Below, in pieces: positions 39,801 to 53,400 of a stretch of 64,000 nucleotides of DNA (the first letter of the stretch is position 1; every line of letters starts with the position of its first letter). The stretch lies in the NCBI RefSeq assembly GCF_964204645.1, contig NC_134029.1, positions 19,338,950 through 19,402,949 on the forward strand, given 5' to 3'. The position numbers were made by a program, and so were the translations under genes. The notes beneath the pieces were generated by a model. The model ran no database searches and was not told the origin of the DNA. It saw only the letters and a program-made list of their open reading frames with translations. This DNA is from Tubulanus polymorphus. Its lineage: Eukaryota > Animalia > Nemertea.

Positions 39801-42800
39801 GATCGATATCAATCTACCAGCTGTAAATGGTTTACGTAACTTACACGCCCGGTAAGGAAGATCGTGGAGCTATCTTCATCGTAGTGCGGGATGATAATCG
39901 ACGGGGAATAATCAAGTTCGTTGCTAAAAAGTTGACTAGTGAGATCAGAGGCGTCATAAACTGCTATCAATCGATTTCCTTTCCTGCATAAAATGTACAA
40001 AATACCGGTTTATTTCACATGACACAGTGGGAACTTCAAAATATCCATATACAATAGTACTGCATAAATCCAGGTTTTGTCTAATCCAAGTACTATTTAC
40101 AATTCACTGATACGATAGATGTAAATTGTATGTCGAAACCGGATTTCTCCAAAACCAGATGAATTTCATCAAAAATACATGTATTTTTTATTTCATTGAT
40201 CCCAAATGATCCGGATCAAGCTACGGTCTACTTGAATTCCATATCATTTGTCTATGCCCATCAGATATGAAACCATTTGAATTGACATTTTCAAATGAGA
40301 AAATATGGTCAAGGATGTCCCTATTATATATGTCAAACTCTGGTTGTAATACATGTACATCTACTTACTTATCAAAACCTGTAATGGCCAGATATTTTCC
40401 ATTGCATACCCAAACAATTCGGGCACCCCTAGTACCATCAGGCCCAGCGCCACCCTATTGAAATAGAATAATCTACGGTGTACATGTAAATTAGGTACAG
40501 ATGTACAGATATGTATTTGTTATCTAATAACAAAGGCACAATTGTGTTTGAAAAAAATATTAGGTACAGTGTTTAGGTAATCGAAAATCCATGAAAATGA
40601 TGAAACTATAAATCATGTTTTCTATAGGAGTATTAAATGTTTATACTCATTGGAAAATGAAATTAATATTGTTATCGTTTCTATGAACATGTGTTCATGA
40701 AGTGGTGCCTCAAATCATTATTAAATTTTTTTAAGAATAATAACAAGCAAAATTGTTCAATAAAGGTTAAAACTCACTAAAATCGGTTGCGTAGAAGTTC
40801 GCGGTTCGTAGATGCGTATCTTTCCATCTTTACAAACCGTAGCGCATTTGCTCCCGTCCGGGCTCCAAGAAAGACAGAATATCTGAAAAAAATTGTGTCA
40901 TTTCTAAATAAAAACCCAGATTCATCTTAAGATTCAAATACAAATGACTTGTAAATGAGAAACCTTACAGTGTCCGTATGGCCTTCTAATGTTATCAGCA
41001 CGCTGCGAGTTCCTAGGTCCCAGATTTTGACGGTCATATCGTAAGAAGCCGACGCCAAGATATCTTTCGCCAAAGGATGAAATCGCACGAAATATATCTT
41101 CTCATTATGACCTAATAATAGAACGCACTGATTTACAACATACATTCAGCTTTATTTTGTGGATTTCAGGGCTAAAAATGTTCTATTCAAGATGGATTCT
41201 TAATGACTAGGGAAAGTCTACAGATTTTGACATGAACAGTTAGATAACGGATCATTGTCCACTATACAGACAAACCAGACAGATTTCCAAACAAAAATCA
41301 GACAACAATTTTCAAACACAGAATTGTACGCTAATTCTCTAATATCGCCAGCTACCTGCCAACCACTGCACTGCTCATAATAGACTGGGCTGACATGACG
41401 ATGAGTACGAGGCACTCTAATATACTTTTGAATAAAGTACCGTTTCATCTGTTGAATTCTATTTGAACAATTTTTTCTCATTTCTCTGAATAATGTTAGA
41501 CTTTTTAGATTTTTTTTTCAGGACTTTTTGAATCCTATCCCCTGGCAACGCTACGTATTAAAAGAAATGTCTCTGATTGCATACCGGTCAGATAGAAATC
41601 TGGCGCTTCCAGCGTTTCCGTCAGGCCATCATCGGGAATCGTCCACACTTGTATGCGCGCGTCATCGCAGCCTGAAAACATTGATTGAAGCGTTATCTTC
41701 GTAATTATAAAGTACATTACACGATGTAATGATAATGATAACTCACCGACTACTAGCCTTGAATCATCGAATGGATCGAAAACGAAGTCCGAGACATTTC
41801 GACCATTTTGAATAATCGGGATTCCGCTGTCTGGTAATCTGCAGGGTTTACCAACCTGACGAAATACACAATGCACATGTTTAATAATAACTGACTCGGC
41901 TAGTACATAACTAAGAGGTGCAAGCATAGCTAAGTGATGGAAGTACAATGCATTCAGCTTCTACGAAATGAAGACGAACTACCGTAATGGAACAATGGAG
42001 CTATGATAGGTTAGAAAAGGGATTGGCCAAAAGGTGCAGCTAGATGGTACAATAATAATAACTCAGTGTGTTTTCTAAATTTTTAATAACTGAATACCAC
42101 CAGTCAATAAAGCGCGCTCCTAAAAAACCTAAAACATGTAAGTAATTAGCATCTGCTGCGAAATGAAGACCTGGAAGACTACACAGGCGAGCAGCTAAGT
42201 TTCGAAGTACAGAAAACCTCGCCTTACTCAGACATGGCTAACGTGGAATTTCGACAAAATCGAACAAAATCTAAATCATTTTTGTGACTTTTCCTATCCT
42301 TAACTCAGACTTCATTAATACCTCAGACCAATTTTGCCGGCCCCAGTTTGCCAGAGTTTGGCGAGGTTTACTATATTCGGCCCGGACAAAATTCAAGATT
42401 GCGACCCGAAACAACCAACCTCGAAAACTGCAATAATTCCTCCGGCACCGGTCAGCGATACGGCACATCGTTGGCTATTCACAGCGAACCCGTCACTCTC
42501 ACCAGGAACGCTGTTACTCAGGTTACGAATGTTGTCGATGTGAAGACTTTTGTGAGCAGCAGTTCCTTGGAAATGGCGGAATTTAGCCTGGTGCAGATTA
42601 CCTGTAAAATACACATATATATTTATCCAATTCATTATCATACAATAAATCATGCTAGTTCCAACTACGGTATATATAGAGTCTTCTTTATCGAGCTTCT
42701 GTTCTATTTCTTCAATTCCGAGCTACCGTTGCTTACTTGTGAATATAGTTTTCGGTGTCGGTCTATGTTCAGCAGGCGACGAAGTCGGACTAGATCGCGA

Positions 42801-45800
42801 CGGCTTATTTTTTATCACTTCTAACATCTGTTCAGCTTCGGTAGGTGGCTGCGCGCTTGCTTTGTTCTCGTAAATGGTAGCTTTGATAGTTGTACTGTTA
42901 TTCGCAGCCGCGTGTGACTGATTATCGGCTTTGCTGATTTCGATCGCTTTAGCCGCACTTTTAGCAGTAGCACTCGCAACACATTTATAACTGCTGGTAC
43001 CATTCTGTTTTGAAGGATCCAAAGATACCTTCTCCAGCTGTAAATGAATACAGTCAACAGTCAGAATGGACCATTGTTGAGGACGACGAATAAATGTCGG
43101 TAAATATTGGCAACTTACAAGGGCATTTTCACCGTTAATCCATTGTTCAGCTGTCATGGCCGCTTTTCTAACATTTGTGTCCGGAAATAATTCACCATAG
43201 AATTCAGTATGAGTCTGAAAACGACACAGCTGATATTTTCAGGGGCCAGTTTCATAGATTCTCATTGGGCTACTGATAGAATATATATATGAACAGCTTA
43301 TCACCAGTTTTATTTTCAGTTAACTACAATAAATCAATTCTTCAACTAAAAACTGCAGAATAGGATCGAGATTATACCTTTCGAGGTACTTGATACGGCA
43401 GTGGGATGATCGAATTCTTCGTTAGGACCATTAATCTCGCTACTTCGCATTGCATAACATTCAATGCTAATTTAGGAACCATAGCAACGCCTTTCACCTG
43501 ATCGACCATATCGGAATTAACTAGCGATGCAAAAAGGGAAACAGATAACAGATTCCATGACGATTGATGCTACCATATTGTAAAATTATCTTCATAAGCC
43601 GCAATCACACAAGGCACAGGCCCATTTGGCACCGATGTGAACAGTTGTTCCTGGCCAAATCGGGCCCTACCACAAATATCGGACCAGACTCGAGCCAAAT
43701 TCTAGCACAGAACAAATGATTGCGTTTGAATTGCAAATAGTTCCGAAAGTGACTCATTTCACTTTGTTTGAGCATTGTTATCATTTTAATTATATCATTA
43801 ACAAATTATATTGTTAAGGATCGAGCGAGTGGTTTACGTGTGAACACGCTCACTAATTAGGCATGGGCCAAATCGTCTCTGTGTGATTGCGGCTATATTT
43901 TTCACATTTGTTCCGTGTTAATACAGCTTTTATCGTAAACTTAAATACTTACATTCAGTGAGATATGGATCTTTTTCACTAGCTTCATAGAGACTTATAC
44001 GAGTATCTCCCTGTAATGTATACATGTACAATTATGAGCCTAGTTTAATAGACAGGTACGGCGAGTACACACAAACATAATATATATATATATATATATA
44101 TATTCAACTGAATCATGAAAATAAATCTTCGTTACGTCAAAACGGCCCTGTATGCCATCTATTATCGATGCGACAGGGTGTATCACAGCGTTCCTACTAG
44201 CTCAGCTAGCAGGAATGTTCTCTTTGGCTCAGCGGTATAGCGTCTGCCTTCGACGCCAGGCATCGAGAGTTCAAATCTTGGAGAGGACACATATTTCTTC
44301 CTGTTACATTAAGCTACTGAAAGTGCAACCTAAAAGCAATTGCAAATACGTACCTTTCCAGCTAGGAATACCAGATTTGTATCTTCATCGCGCAATGGCA
44401 TTAAAGTTCTGAAAGAGGAATGATTAAAATCGAAAAAATCTAGAAATAATTCGTTTATAAGATTTCGAATACTTATAATTAACGTACCCCGTATTCGAAT
44501 CCAATTCCATGACTTTAACAGGCGCTGATAAGGCTCGTTGATCGTAGATATGAATCTGTCTCGACCGATTCTGAAACAGCCGAAATATGACGCTTTTTCC
44601 ATTTAAATGAAAAGATATCACCGTCGAAAGTAATTCAGAGCCTAATTGCTCAAACTTAATTCGTGAGTACAATTGTAATCTTTAACCCATTAGCACTCAA
44701 GCCGCCTGTATCTGCCCTGCCTATTACTCCTCAAGCAGCCCGAATCCGCCCTGACACTTTTTTCATCTGCTACAAAAACGGTTGCAGTGGGATTCGAACC
44801 CAATAGCTTATGGTCAACGAGACATCCAAGTTGTCAGAATTCCGTACAGTAATCGACACCTTTCTATTTGAAACATAGCGAAATTCCTGAGTGCTAATGA
44901 GTTAACTACAGAACTGGGCTTGATATCACCCGTCCAATCTTACAAACTCACCCTTCCAAAGCCTGTTGAAAGAATGTACGGCGTATCTCCGAGCCACATT
45001 ATTCGCGAATCTTTGACATTGTCGTGTCCCGGACCTTCCTGAGGAAAAAAAATAATATGAGAGATTGTTTAAAATGAACCGCGGACGCTGTAGGTATGAC
45101 TATACGCTTATTAATTCATTTCCGATCTACAAACCGCGGACACGGCAAATGCTCTCGGATCGAAAACTCTGACCATCTTATCCCGAGCGGTTGTCGCGAT
45201 CAAACTTCCATCACCTTTCCACGATATACTCTGAATTTGGTCTTCGTGGCCGGATATCGCTGAAAAAAGGAATAGGATGAGAAGAGATCAGTTCGAAATG
45301 CTTTTAGGTAAAATTCAATTTTCGCTCTAAAAATCCATCCATATGTTCGCTTGAAATAAGAAATTGAAAGATGTGCCACCAATAGAATAGATTTTCGTTG
45401 CAGTTTGAAAATTGGATATATCTGATTATTTCAGGATCCAACACCTATCCATCCTCGCTTGCCAGGACCTGATTGCCTCCCACCTGGGTTTGTGTTGGCA
45501 TGAGCTTTGGTGAGAGGCAATCAAGCCCTGGCAAGCGAGGATGCACGAATCTAGAATGGCTCCTTACCATATTTAGGTTCTTGAGCGTTAACGTCATATA
45601 TCTTCAGGTGCTGATAACAAGACGTAGCTAAGATATCTGATGCGGTAGGATGCCAAAGGACATTTTCGACGCGTCTCTCCTGATTGGGGAATGTTACGAT
45701 CGCGTTGTACACATTTTCATCGATCTCATCGGGAATTTGCCAAATTTTCACCTGATAGTAGAAAACTGAATTTGAAAGGGCGACTTAATCAAGGCCACCT

Positions 45801-47059
45801 TTTTTGACAGCTCCAACCTTTCGACAATAACAACGATTAGTTGAAGCCTAAAATCCCATCATAGAATGCTCTATGGCTTTACATTAAAGTTCAATAAGAG
45901 CTGATAAAAATGTCGTCTAAATAGGCAGAATATAGACTTTCAATAGCGTTGGTTACAATCATTTTAATATCTATTGCAAAATTAGCAATGGCAGAAAGCC
46001 CTGTTACATGCAGTTTTAAGATTAATCCTAAGAACTTCTAGCGTGAACTTATCATATGTGCTGAGTGATGGTATTGAAAATCAAATAGACATCTCTTAAC
46101 TATTGGTGTCTGTGACAAATTTGCTGTTTTAATTTCTATTGGGTGATTTTGATTATTGAAAAGTTTGAGTCAACTACAGAAATGAGGGTCTAAAAACAGT
46201 GACACTAATTTGTAGCTTGATTAGTAATGATGGGTAATTAAAGCTGGAATGCAACTTGTAGCCATTGTCCATTGATAGACTGCCTTGCGAATTAAACTAA
46301 GCCTATCATGATCCCATTCTATTTCATCTGGTGTTAGTGGAAATAATGGCAGTATACGTAGGTCAAAAAGGTTTGCCAGCACTTACCCCTCCATCTTGCG
46401 ATGCCGTCGCGAGCAAATTGTCGTCGAAAGGGCTGAAATCAAAGTCACTTACAAATTCTGAAAACAACAAATAAGAGAATGATCGCAACAATATTTAAAT
46501 TCCGGATAGTGATTTGAATAAAAAGCAATTTCGTGGTATCTTATGATTCATTATGGAAATACAAACCAGTGTGAGCTTGGATCAATGGCGGAGATTTGGT
46601 CAATTTACCAGTCGTTTCAAGCGGCAATATTCCCAAGCAACCTCCACCTGTAACGGAAAAAGGAGCAAATTCAATGAAATCAAGAATATGATAAAATGAG
46701 AAACTCGGCGATTGAAAATGCATAATTAATAGCAATAAACCTGAACACCTACCACCACTTTCAACATTAAATGCAATGTATTTACAGCTAGCTTTGATAT
46801 GGTTGCCACATGAATTCATCAAGTTTCCCACAGGAACATTTCCAATAATTTCCTACATATAATTTTTAATTAAAAGAGCATTATAAGGCCATATAGTGGG
46901 CGTGTCACTGTATGGAAAAAAAAGACTTTTTGATCATACGCTTAATTTCTGTGAACAAGCTCAGTAGCCTAAGGCTTCCAGACTGTTAGATGGATTTACC
47001 TCTTTCTTTGGTAACTTGGGAGCAGTGTTCTTGAACTTGGAAACTTTGAACTTCCACAT
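36806..47059 (-). CDS. CORO7: Coronin-7 (tandem coronin / POD-1)
   Basis: 25 phase-consistent exons: 47000-47059 (MWKFKVSKFKN), 46753-46852, 46567-46647, 46387-46457 (DFDFSPFDD), 45568-45751, 45135-45259, 44952-45038, 44488-44570, 44354-44408, 43953-44010, 43378-43520 (YQVPRK), 43119-43214, 42737-43037 (low-complexity linker), 42420-42601 (KFRH, start of second coronin repeat), 41747-41855, 41585-41671, 40969-41111, 40778-40882, 40369-40454, 39845-39983, 38918-39124 (FTVPRVK), 38465-38600, 37886-37977, 37566-37652, 36806-36814. Acidic C-terminus GVDSDEWSD*. AATAAA on - strand at 36608-36613. Confidence 0.95.
37135..37511. mobile_element. MITE, PIF/Harbinger-like, in the last CORO7 intron
   Basis: TIRs GGCCCTTCAAAGTTGATACC..TTGTTTCTC / GAGAAACAAGGTATCAACTTTGAAGGGCC; left flank TTA. 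Confidence 0.75.
38198..38445. mobile_element. hAT-like non-autonomous element
   Basis: xAGGGT...ACCCTG ends and several subterminal GGGCAAGT / ACTTGCCC repeats. Confidence 0.55.
43597..43894. mobile_element. MITE with 3-bp TSD (Harbinger-like)
   Basis: Perfect 15-bp TIRs AGCCGCAATCACACA / TGTGTGATTGCGGCT flanked by ATA on both sides. Confidence 0.75.
44169..44308 (+). mobile_element. Short element with degenerate tRNA-like head
   Basis: A-box TGGCTCAGCGG, B-box-like AGTTCAAATC, acceptor-like pairing GTTCTCT/AGAGGAC, broken anticodon and T arms; ends TGCGACAGG...CCTGTTACA. Confidence 0.45.
44686..44901. mobile_element. piggyBac-like MITE
   Basis: TTAA at 44682-44685 and 44902-44905; TIRs CCCATTAGCACTCA / TGAGTGCTAATGAG. 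Confidence 0.75.
45450..45543. mobile_element. Miniature hAT-like MITE, second copy (CORO7 intron)
   Basis: Same TIRs as 1802-1887; flanks CACCTATC/CACGAATC (6/8 identical). Confidence 0.7.
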
Positions 47060-47370
47060 TTTCTATCTGGGACAGAGCGGCTTTAATATAGGCCTATTCG
47101 AAGTTCTCTAACTCTGAGAAAAATTGAATGACAGTCAGTTGATAGTTAGAATGAGCCTGTATTTAGAGATAAGCTTATTCAAATAATCCTTCATACTAAA
47201 ATGATTAGATGTGTACCTTTGATATAGTTTCTCAAGCCAAAAATACAAACCCGGAAGTAAAATTCACAAAATACAACTCTAAATTGGGATTCGAACCTAC
47301 TTTCCGGAATTATAACCTCCGCGGGTAAACAGCGTAAGCTTGTTCTGTCAAAGAATTATTAGGGCGCACG
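47060..47370. promoter_or_regulatory. Putative bidirectional promoter between CORO7 and FXN
   Basis: Divergent ATGs only ~310 bp apart (47059 on -, 47371 on +); ETS/GABP-type CCGGAAGT at 47251-47258 and TTCCGGAA near 47302. Confidence 0.6.
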
Positions 47371-49651
47371 ATGCAGCGACTCCGGTTGATTTTTGGCCAG
47401 TCAGCGAGCGCGGTTAACTCAAAGCGGCTATCGTCTAGATTTCATTGTAGCTCATCATTTCAAGTGAAACTACGTCAACCATTAGTTAGTCAATGTGAAA
47501 ATAATGACAATGTAAGGATTTCTGATTTCACAATACTTACTGGATTCTATATAAAATCCAAACCCCTAAAGTCGTCAATTATTCGGTCAACAACTCTTTT
47601 CTCGTCTGTGAAGTCTTGTTATAAACCTTCGATTATTTACCATTAGATTCAACTACTTCTAAAGTAAAGAATTCTCGATATCACAAATTAATGGGAGGCC
47701 TTACCCCACTATATATGCCTACCATACCTAAACGATGTCGGTCCCAATGACTATGTGGTGTATAACTTAAAGTTGGTCTAACTGCAGTTAGGGTTGCGTT
47801 TCCACTGTGTGGCGCTAGTGTTGTGGTTAGATTAGGTACATAACCACTGGGGACTAAACTGCAGTGAATCCTAATATTGACTTTATAGTTGCCAGTGAAA
47901 CCCCTGGCAGCTATGAGCCTGTTATGACTCGCGTCTCACAGCTCAACTAATTATCATTATTTCGCATTACAGTTTTTGCCTTGCTGCACGAAGCCTGTTG
48001 TTCCTTTAAATCTCACTAGAACTTTCTGTTCGGAGCCAATGTAAGTAACAACTCCATGATGATTATTCATGTCACACGCGTTCTTTTCATAATTTCCTCA
48101 CAATCTGATCTAATCGTGATATTTTTCAGCAAAAATCTCAGTGAAGCACAGTATCATTCAGTTGCCGATGAAACTTTAGATTCACTTACTGAAAAATTTG
48201 AAGATCTGGGGGATTCTGGTGTCACCAGGGAGGAGTATGATGTTGTCTTAGGGGTAAGATATAGATGCCAAAGAGGTGGAAATTTGCAATTGTCTTGAAT
48301 ATGGCCACAAGCGTTCCTTGGTAATCATAATGGTTTTTAGTTAAAATCAATAATTCTGAGTCCTCAACGCTCAATTTTCAATGTATTGGTGTTTTGATTG
48401 TGGGTTTGACAGTAATACCCAGCTTGGTTGCTTGAGCTGATTTCAATGTTATTAACCGTTCCTGATGTCAGATCCTATCTAAATATGAATGTCGCAATTA
48501 TCCAAAAGGCAAATTGTAAGATAAAATTCTTATCAAGAGCAGTTTATAGTAGATGTTATCTAATGGATGATGTCATTCATGTAAATACAGAAATCGTTGA
48601 CAGCAGCAGATAACTTTGATAGAAAGCTAATCCCTTAGATATTGCCTAGTTACCGCGCTCAAGGAGGTGATCCTTGACAAAATATAAGCAAGATGGCAGG
48701 GGTGGGTCCAGAGCTTGTGCTCCCATCGCAATTCTTCATGCCCTTTTGAAAATACAATGGCAATATTTTTCAGGGCACTTTTTCCACCAACCTGTAACTA
48801 ATAAAACAGCAGTCCACAACGCAAGATGAAGCTTATATTTTCTTCACGTGCCCTCACGTGCCTAGAAATTGAATGAAAATGCACTGAAATTTCAAAATTT
48901 TGCAGACCCTCGTTTATGCTGGATATTAATTTAACTTTTTCAGTACGGTATATATGCCCTTTTCCTGTCTTTGTACTCCTATCAAAGTCTGTCCCCGGAG
49001 GGTGGCTGTTTCTTAAAGTTTACCAACATTTTCAGCAAGGCGTTTTGACAGTAAAAATTGGTGGTGATCATGGCACTTACGTCATCAACAAACAGGGTCC
49101 GAATAAACAGATCTGGTTGTCTTCGCCGAAGAGGTAAGATTCTGAGTTCTGTGTAATCTTAGATCGATGTTGTAAGTATAGCTGGTAACATGTATTTGGT
49201 AAAATTTCAATTCCTTAATAAAACAAAAGCCCCCCGGTAAAAAGGCATGTACTAGAACAGTTGACTTGGCTTGTCTCAGATCTTGGGGAATGAATTTTTT
49301 CCCTGAGGTGATTGAATTCTGGGGCAACAGCCTCGTCAGTGTTCACATGAATTTGGGTTGTAAAATTTCAAATCATATTTTGTTCGGGGTATCTGATAAT
49401 CCAAAACAATCGGCTCTGTGGTATGGGGAGTCCATTGTACTGTCTACTTTACGCCTGTGTTTCGAGTTCTGGTAATTTATGTAACTTGCATTTTCAGTGG
49501 TCCCAAACGGTACGATTTCAACGGCAAAGAGTGGGTTTACAAACACGAAAGCTTTTCGTTACACGAACTTCTCACGCTGGAAATATCCGAATTGTTCGAG
49601 AAAGAAGTGAATTTTAAGAACTGTGAACACGGTGGTGGTGGTACGAGTTGA
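47371..49651 (+). CDS. FXN: Frataxin, mitochondrial
   Basis: Exons 47371-47511, 47973-48040, 48130-48253, 49036-49133, 49498-49651 (194 aa). Arg/Ser-rich N-terminal transit peptide; motifs [50 protein letters not shown] at 49691-49696. Confidence 0.97.
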
Positions 49652-50460
49652 TAGTTCAGGGTACCATGAGGGTCGGCCTAATGACAGTATAATAAATGAG
49701 ATTGTGTGAAAATAATTTTACAGGTTAAATATAAACTAGCTCCTTTCAAAGTTTCATTTTACTTTTTCTCTCTTCTTGGAATTGAAGCAGAAAATTGTTT
49801 AGTGAATTTCTTTGTCAGCAGCACTGACCAATTGACGATCGATTTGAAAAAATGTATCGCAAGTCTGAGGAGGAAGCGCTTTGATCATTTGTCATACATG
49901 GAAAGGTGCTTTACAAATTGCTAAAATTATAGTAGAACTCAGATTTTTCATTACAGATTTTCACTTAATTTAGATGAAATGGTATTAATCTGGAACCTTG
50001 TGAACTATTATTAATAATTTGAATTTTACTCAATTCAGAGAAATCTGGGCAGTCTCTAGTATTCTGAATTAAGTGAGTTCTACTGCAGTATTACTAATAT
50101 TCTCAACTAAAACCTCAAGGGTATGTTTATCTTGCCTACAGGGTCAAAAACCTTCCTTCATAATTAGACCCTAACTGTCGAGGTAAGTCATACGCAGAAC
50201 TTTTGTATTCACAGTTAGATAGGGACTGGTAAACAAATACAGTTAGGAGACTGGTAAATGCCGCATGGAGATGCCTTATTCATGCCTAAAAAGACAAATT
50301 CAAAAAGAATAGATATCTTTTTATACATAAAGTACACATAGTTAATTTCTTTATTTACAGTAAACTGCAATATTACATAAAAGAATTGTTTAAAAGATCA
50401 TCGGTGTATAGAATAGTCTTACAGCTCCTATTTGATATGTTTGATTTTTACTTGGTTGCA

Positions 50461-53400
50461 TTATGACACTGGTGAATGAATGTCGCTGAATTCGAAACCT
50501 TCTTCCAGTAATAGTTGTAGCGAAAAGAACAGTTCCTTTCTCGGTGGAAGATCTTCCCATTTACACCAAAACCAACCTTTAATTTATGAAAATGTGGAAC
50601 AATTTTTGTAAATACGCGTAGTAGCATCATAAATACAGCTTCTGAAATGATGGCTAAATTTGACATCTCTAAGATATAGAAATAACTGTTAGTTCATTTG
50701 AAACCCACACTGAATCAAGACCTAGTCCCCAACTCATAATAACAGTTAAAACATCAGAAATGAACTTATTTACCCTTGAGTCACAAACTAAGAACTGTTG
50801 AACAGAGTCCAGATTTTTCATTCGAATTCATCTCCCTTAATTCTTAACAATTTCAACATAAAACACTAATTGTATACAACTCACTGTACGATATTGTACA
50901 ACAAGATATCGGCTCGATTTTCTGACCAATCAAATTTAATTGGGTTCGACTGTAAAACTGCTTAAAAAGCTGATGTTGATCGAAAAATGTTGATATTCCA
51001 TTCATAACGAATTCAAACGATCCAAATTTTGTTTACAGACATAATGAACGGCCCGTTATCTCACCTTCGCATCGGTCGGGTTCTGAATTTTCGGGTTCCG
51101 ATTTGAAGTCTACGTCCAATTCTCCGTGCACGACTATATCCAAGTAATGGCGGTCTTCGGCTTTCGAGTACGCGTTCACGGGACGTATGAGAGAAACCGT
51201 CTTCAACTTCAAACCGGTTTCTTCCATAACTTCTCTTGCAGCACAGTCCGCATGATCTTCGCTGTCGATAAATAACGACAATTATATACAAGTTTTCATT
51301 GAAAAAATTTGTGTCAATATCGTGATGAAATGAGTCGAATTCATGAAGCCTTTCAGTGCGATATATAAACCGCACACCCTTCATTGCACCTACCCCTCGG
51401 TGCGGTGTATCCAAGTAATCATTTATTAGTTAAAACCTGCACTGAAAGATGGCAGCACCAGTACTGCTAGGTAGAAGCAATAAAGCAGTACCGGTATGCC
51501 CATTACACATTGAACTGAGGCTTGAGCATTTTGGGGTTTGAAAGGGTTTAGTCTGATAAGTCGTGAAAATGTTAGTCCCAAATTTACTTTTTCCAGTTCA
51601 ATTTACTAATTCTAAGTCAACATACTGGTAAATTGACAACACAATGATTGTTCCAGCTATGACGAGTTAAGCAATTTTGTTGGGAATTAATGAAAGTAGC
51701 TTGAACAGAGCCGTTAAGGCTGTACATGGACGAATCAAATTTTTAGTATAAACCCTAAAACCTAACATAAAAAGATACATCGTTTTTCCATGATTGGTTT
51801 GTTGAAAAAAACTAGGCCAACAAAGATAAATTAACAAGAATTAGATAGGAAGATTGCAATTCCTTAAAGCCTCATTGAATTCTAAAAAAATTATTCTGCT
51901 AAAAGTGTGGCTTCAAAAAATGAGATTTTTGTAGTCTAACAATGAATGTTCCTCCGAAGCCAATTTCCAAACATTCAACATTCATTAATTCAAATACTTA
52001 CAACATTTCTAGACTTCCGCCTGGAAGCTGATATAGTCCGGTTTCTTTAACTTCGCCTTTCCTGCGCCCGAGCAGAACGCAACCGGGATGTTGAGAACTC
52101 GTGACGAAAACGCCGACTCCGATGTGCGGTCGTTTACTTTTGTCGGGTTCCTCACTCGACGTATCGTAACGGGGAGTCGCATTGACGGCAACCGGCGATC
52201 CGAATATACTCCGCGGCTTTTCTTCGAAAGGATTGAAGCCTTGTTTGATGATTATTTTTAAGCAGTAGAATATTTCTTCGGTCGGCGGTAGTTGATTCCA
52301 ATCGCACCAAAACCACTCTGTAACAATAATTATTAATATTTGTTTCTTTTTAACGCTTGACATTAAGCCCAACGCACATGATGCAGGGAAACAGGAAACA
52401 AGTTTCAAAGCAGTTCCCTGTGTCGTGTGGGTTCAGGACTAACTGAGAAACATAGTTTGGGAGACAATGTTTCTGAAGTCATACATGTTTGATTCCGTGT
52501 TTCTATGTTTCTTTGTGTTATACGTTTGGCTTAAAAACAATCTCGAAACTCTTGACAAAAATCTAAAGCAGATAATATTGACAGTTAGTAGAAATAAAAT
52601 TAGTCCAAATATAGTAGAAATTACGCAAACTAGACAGATTTCAGCTGGTTCGTTCTTAGTCCCGATAAAGAAATTTTTAATTTTATTTGGCTGAATGAAA
52701 AAAACGGTTGACTCCTTCTTCATCAGTACCAGTCAAAGGCAGGTAAGTTTCTAAGTTACTAAGGCAGGTTTCGATTGAACATATATTCCGGTATAAGAAT
52801 ACAAATTCCAGATTACGAACTCTCTACTGGCTTTCCATCAGATTTAGAGAATTCCGCAATAGGTAGATCGTATTCTGGTTGAAAGAAGAGAATTCCCGAA
52901 TCGATAGAAACCAATTGAAACCTGCCTCCCAAGACTTTCAATTTGCCCGGTTCACAACTTTGTGAAAGAAACATTTATTCATCATTCCACACTACTGAAC
53001 TACTCAGTAAGACCGAGTCGACTGTTTTTACTTCAATTAATACAAAAAATTGGCTTTATACGAGACATTTGATACGTCACCTTCATTTTTATGCGGTTCC
53101 GTATTCACAGGTTCCGTGGAATGAGATTCATCCAGTTCGCCGCTTATGAAAATGGTGATGTAATGATAATTGGTGTTACACTCAGTTCCGTTGGTGACAC
53201 ATTCGTATTTACAGTTTTTTAGTTTGAGATTTGTCTCTTCAAGCGTTTCGCGCGCGCCACAATCTATCCAATCTTCTCTAAAAGAGTAAATAAAAAATTC
53301 AGATTAATACCAATCATTATATTTCATAGCCCTTTTACCGCTTAAATGTGGCATGCAATTTTATGAAAAAAGATGATTGAGACACAGTTCATTTGTCAGA

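Noticed and set aside
44217-44289. Possible functional tRNA gene
   Set aside because: Anticodon and T stems do not pair; treated as a tRNA-derived repeat.
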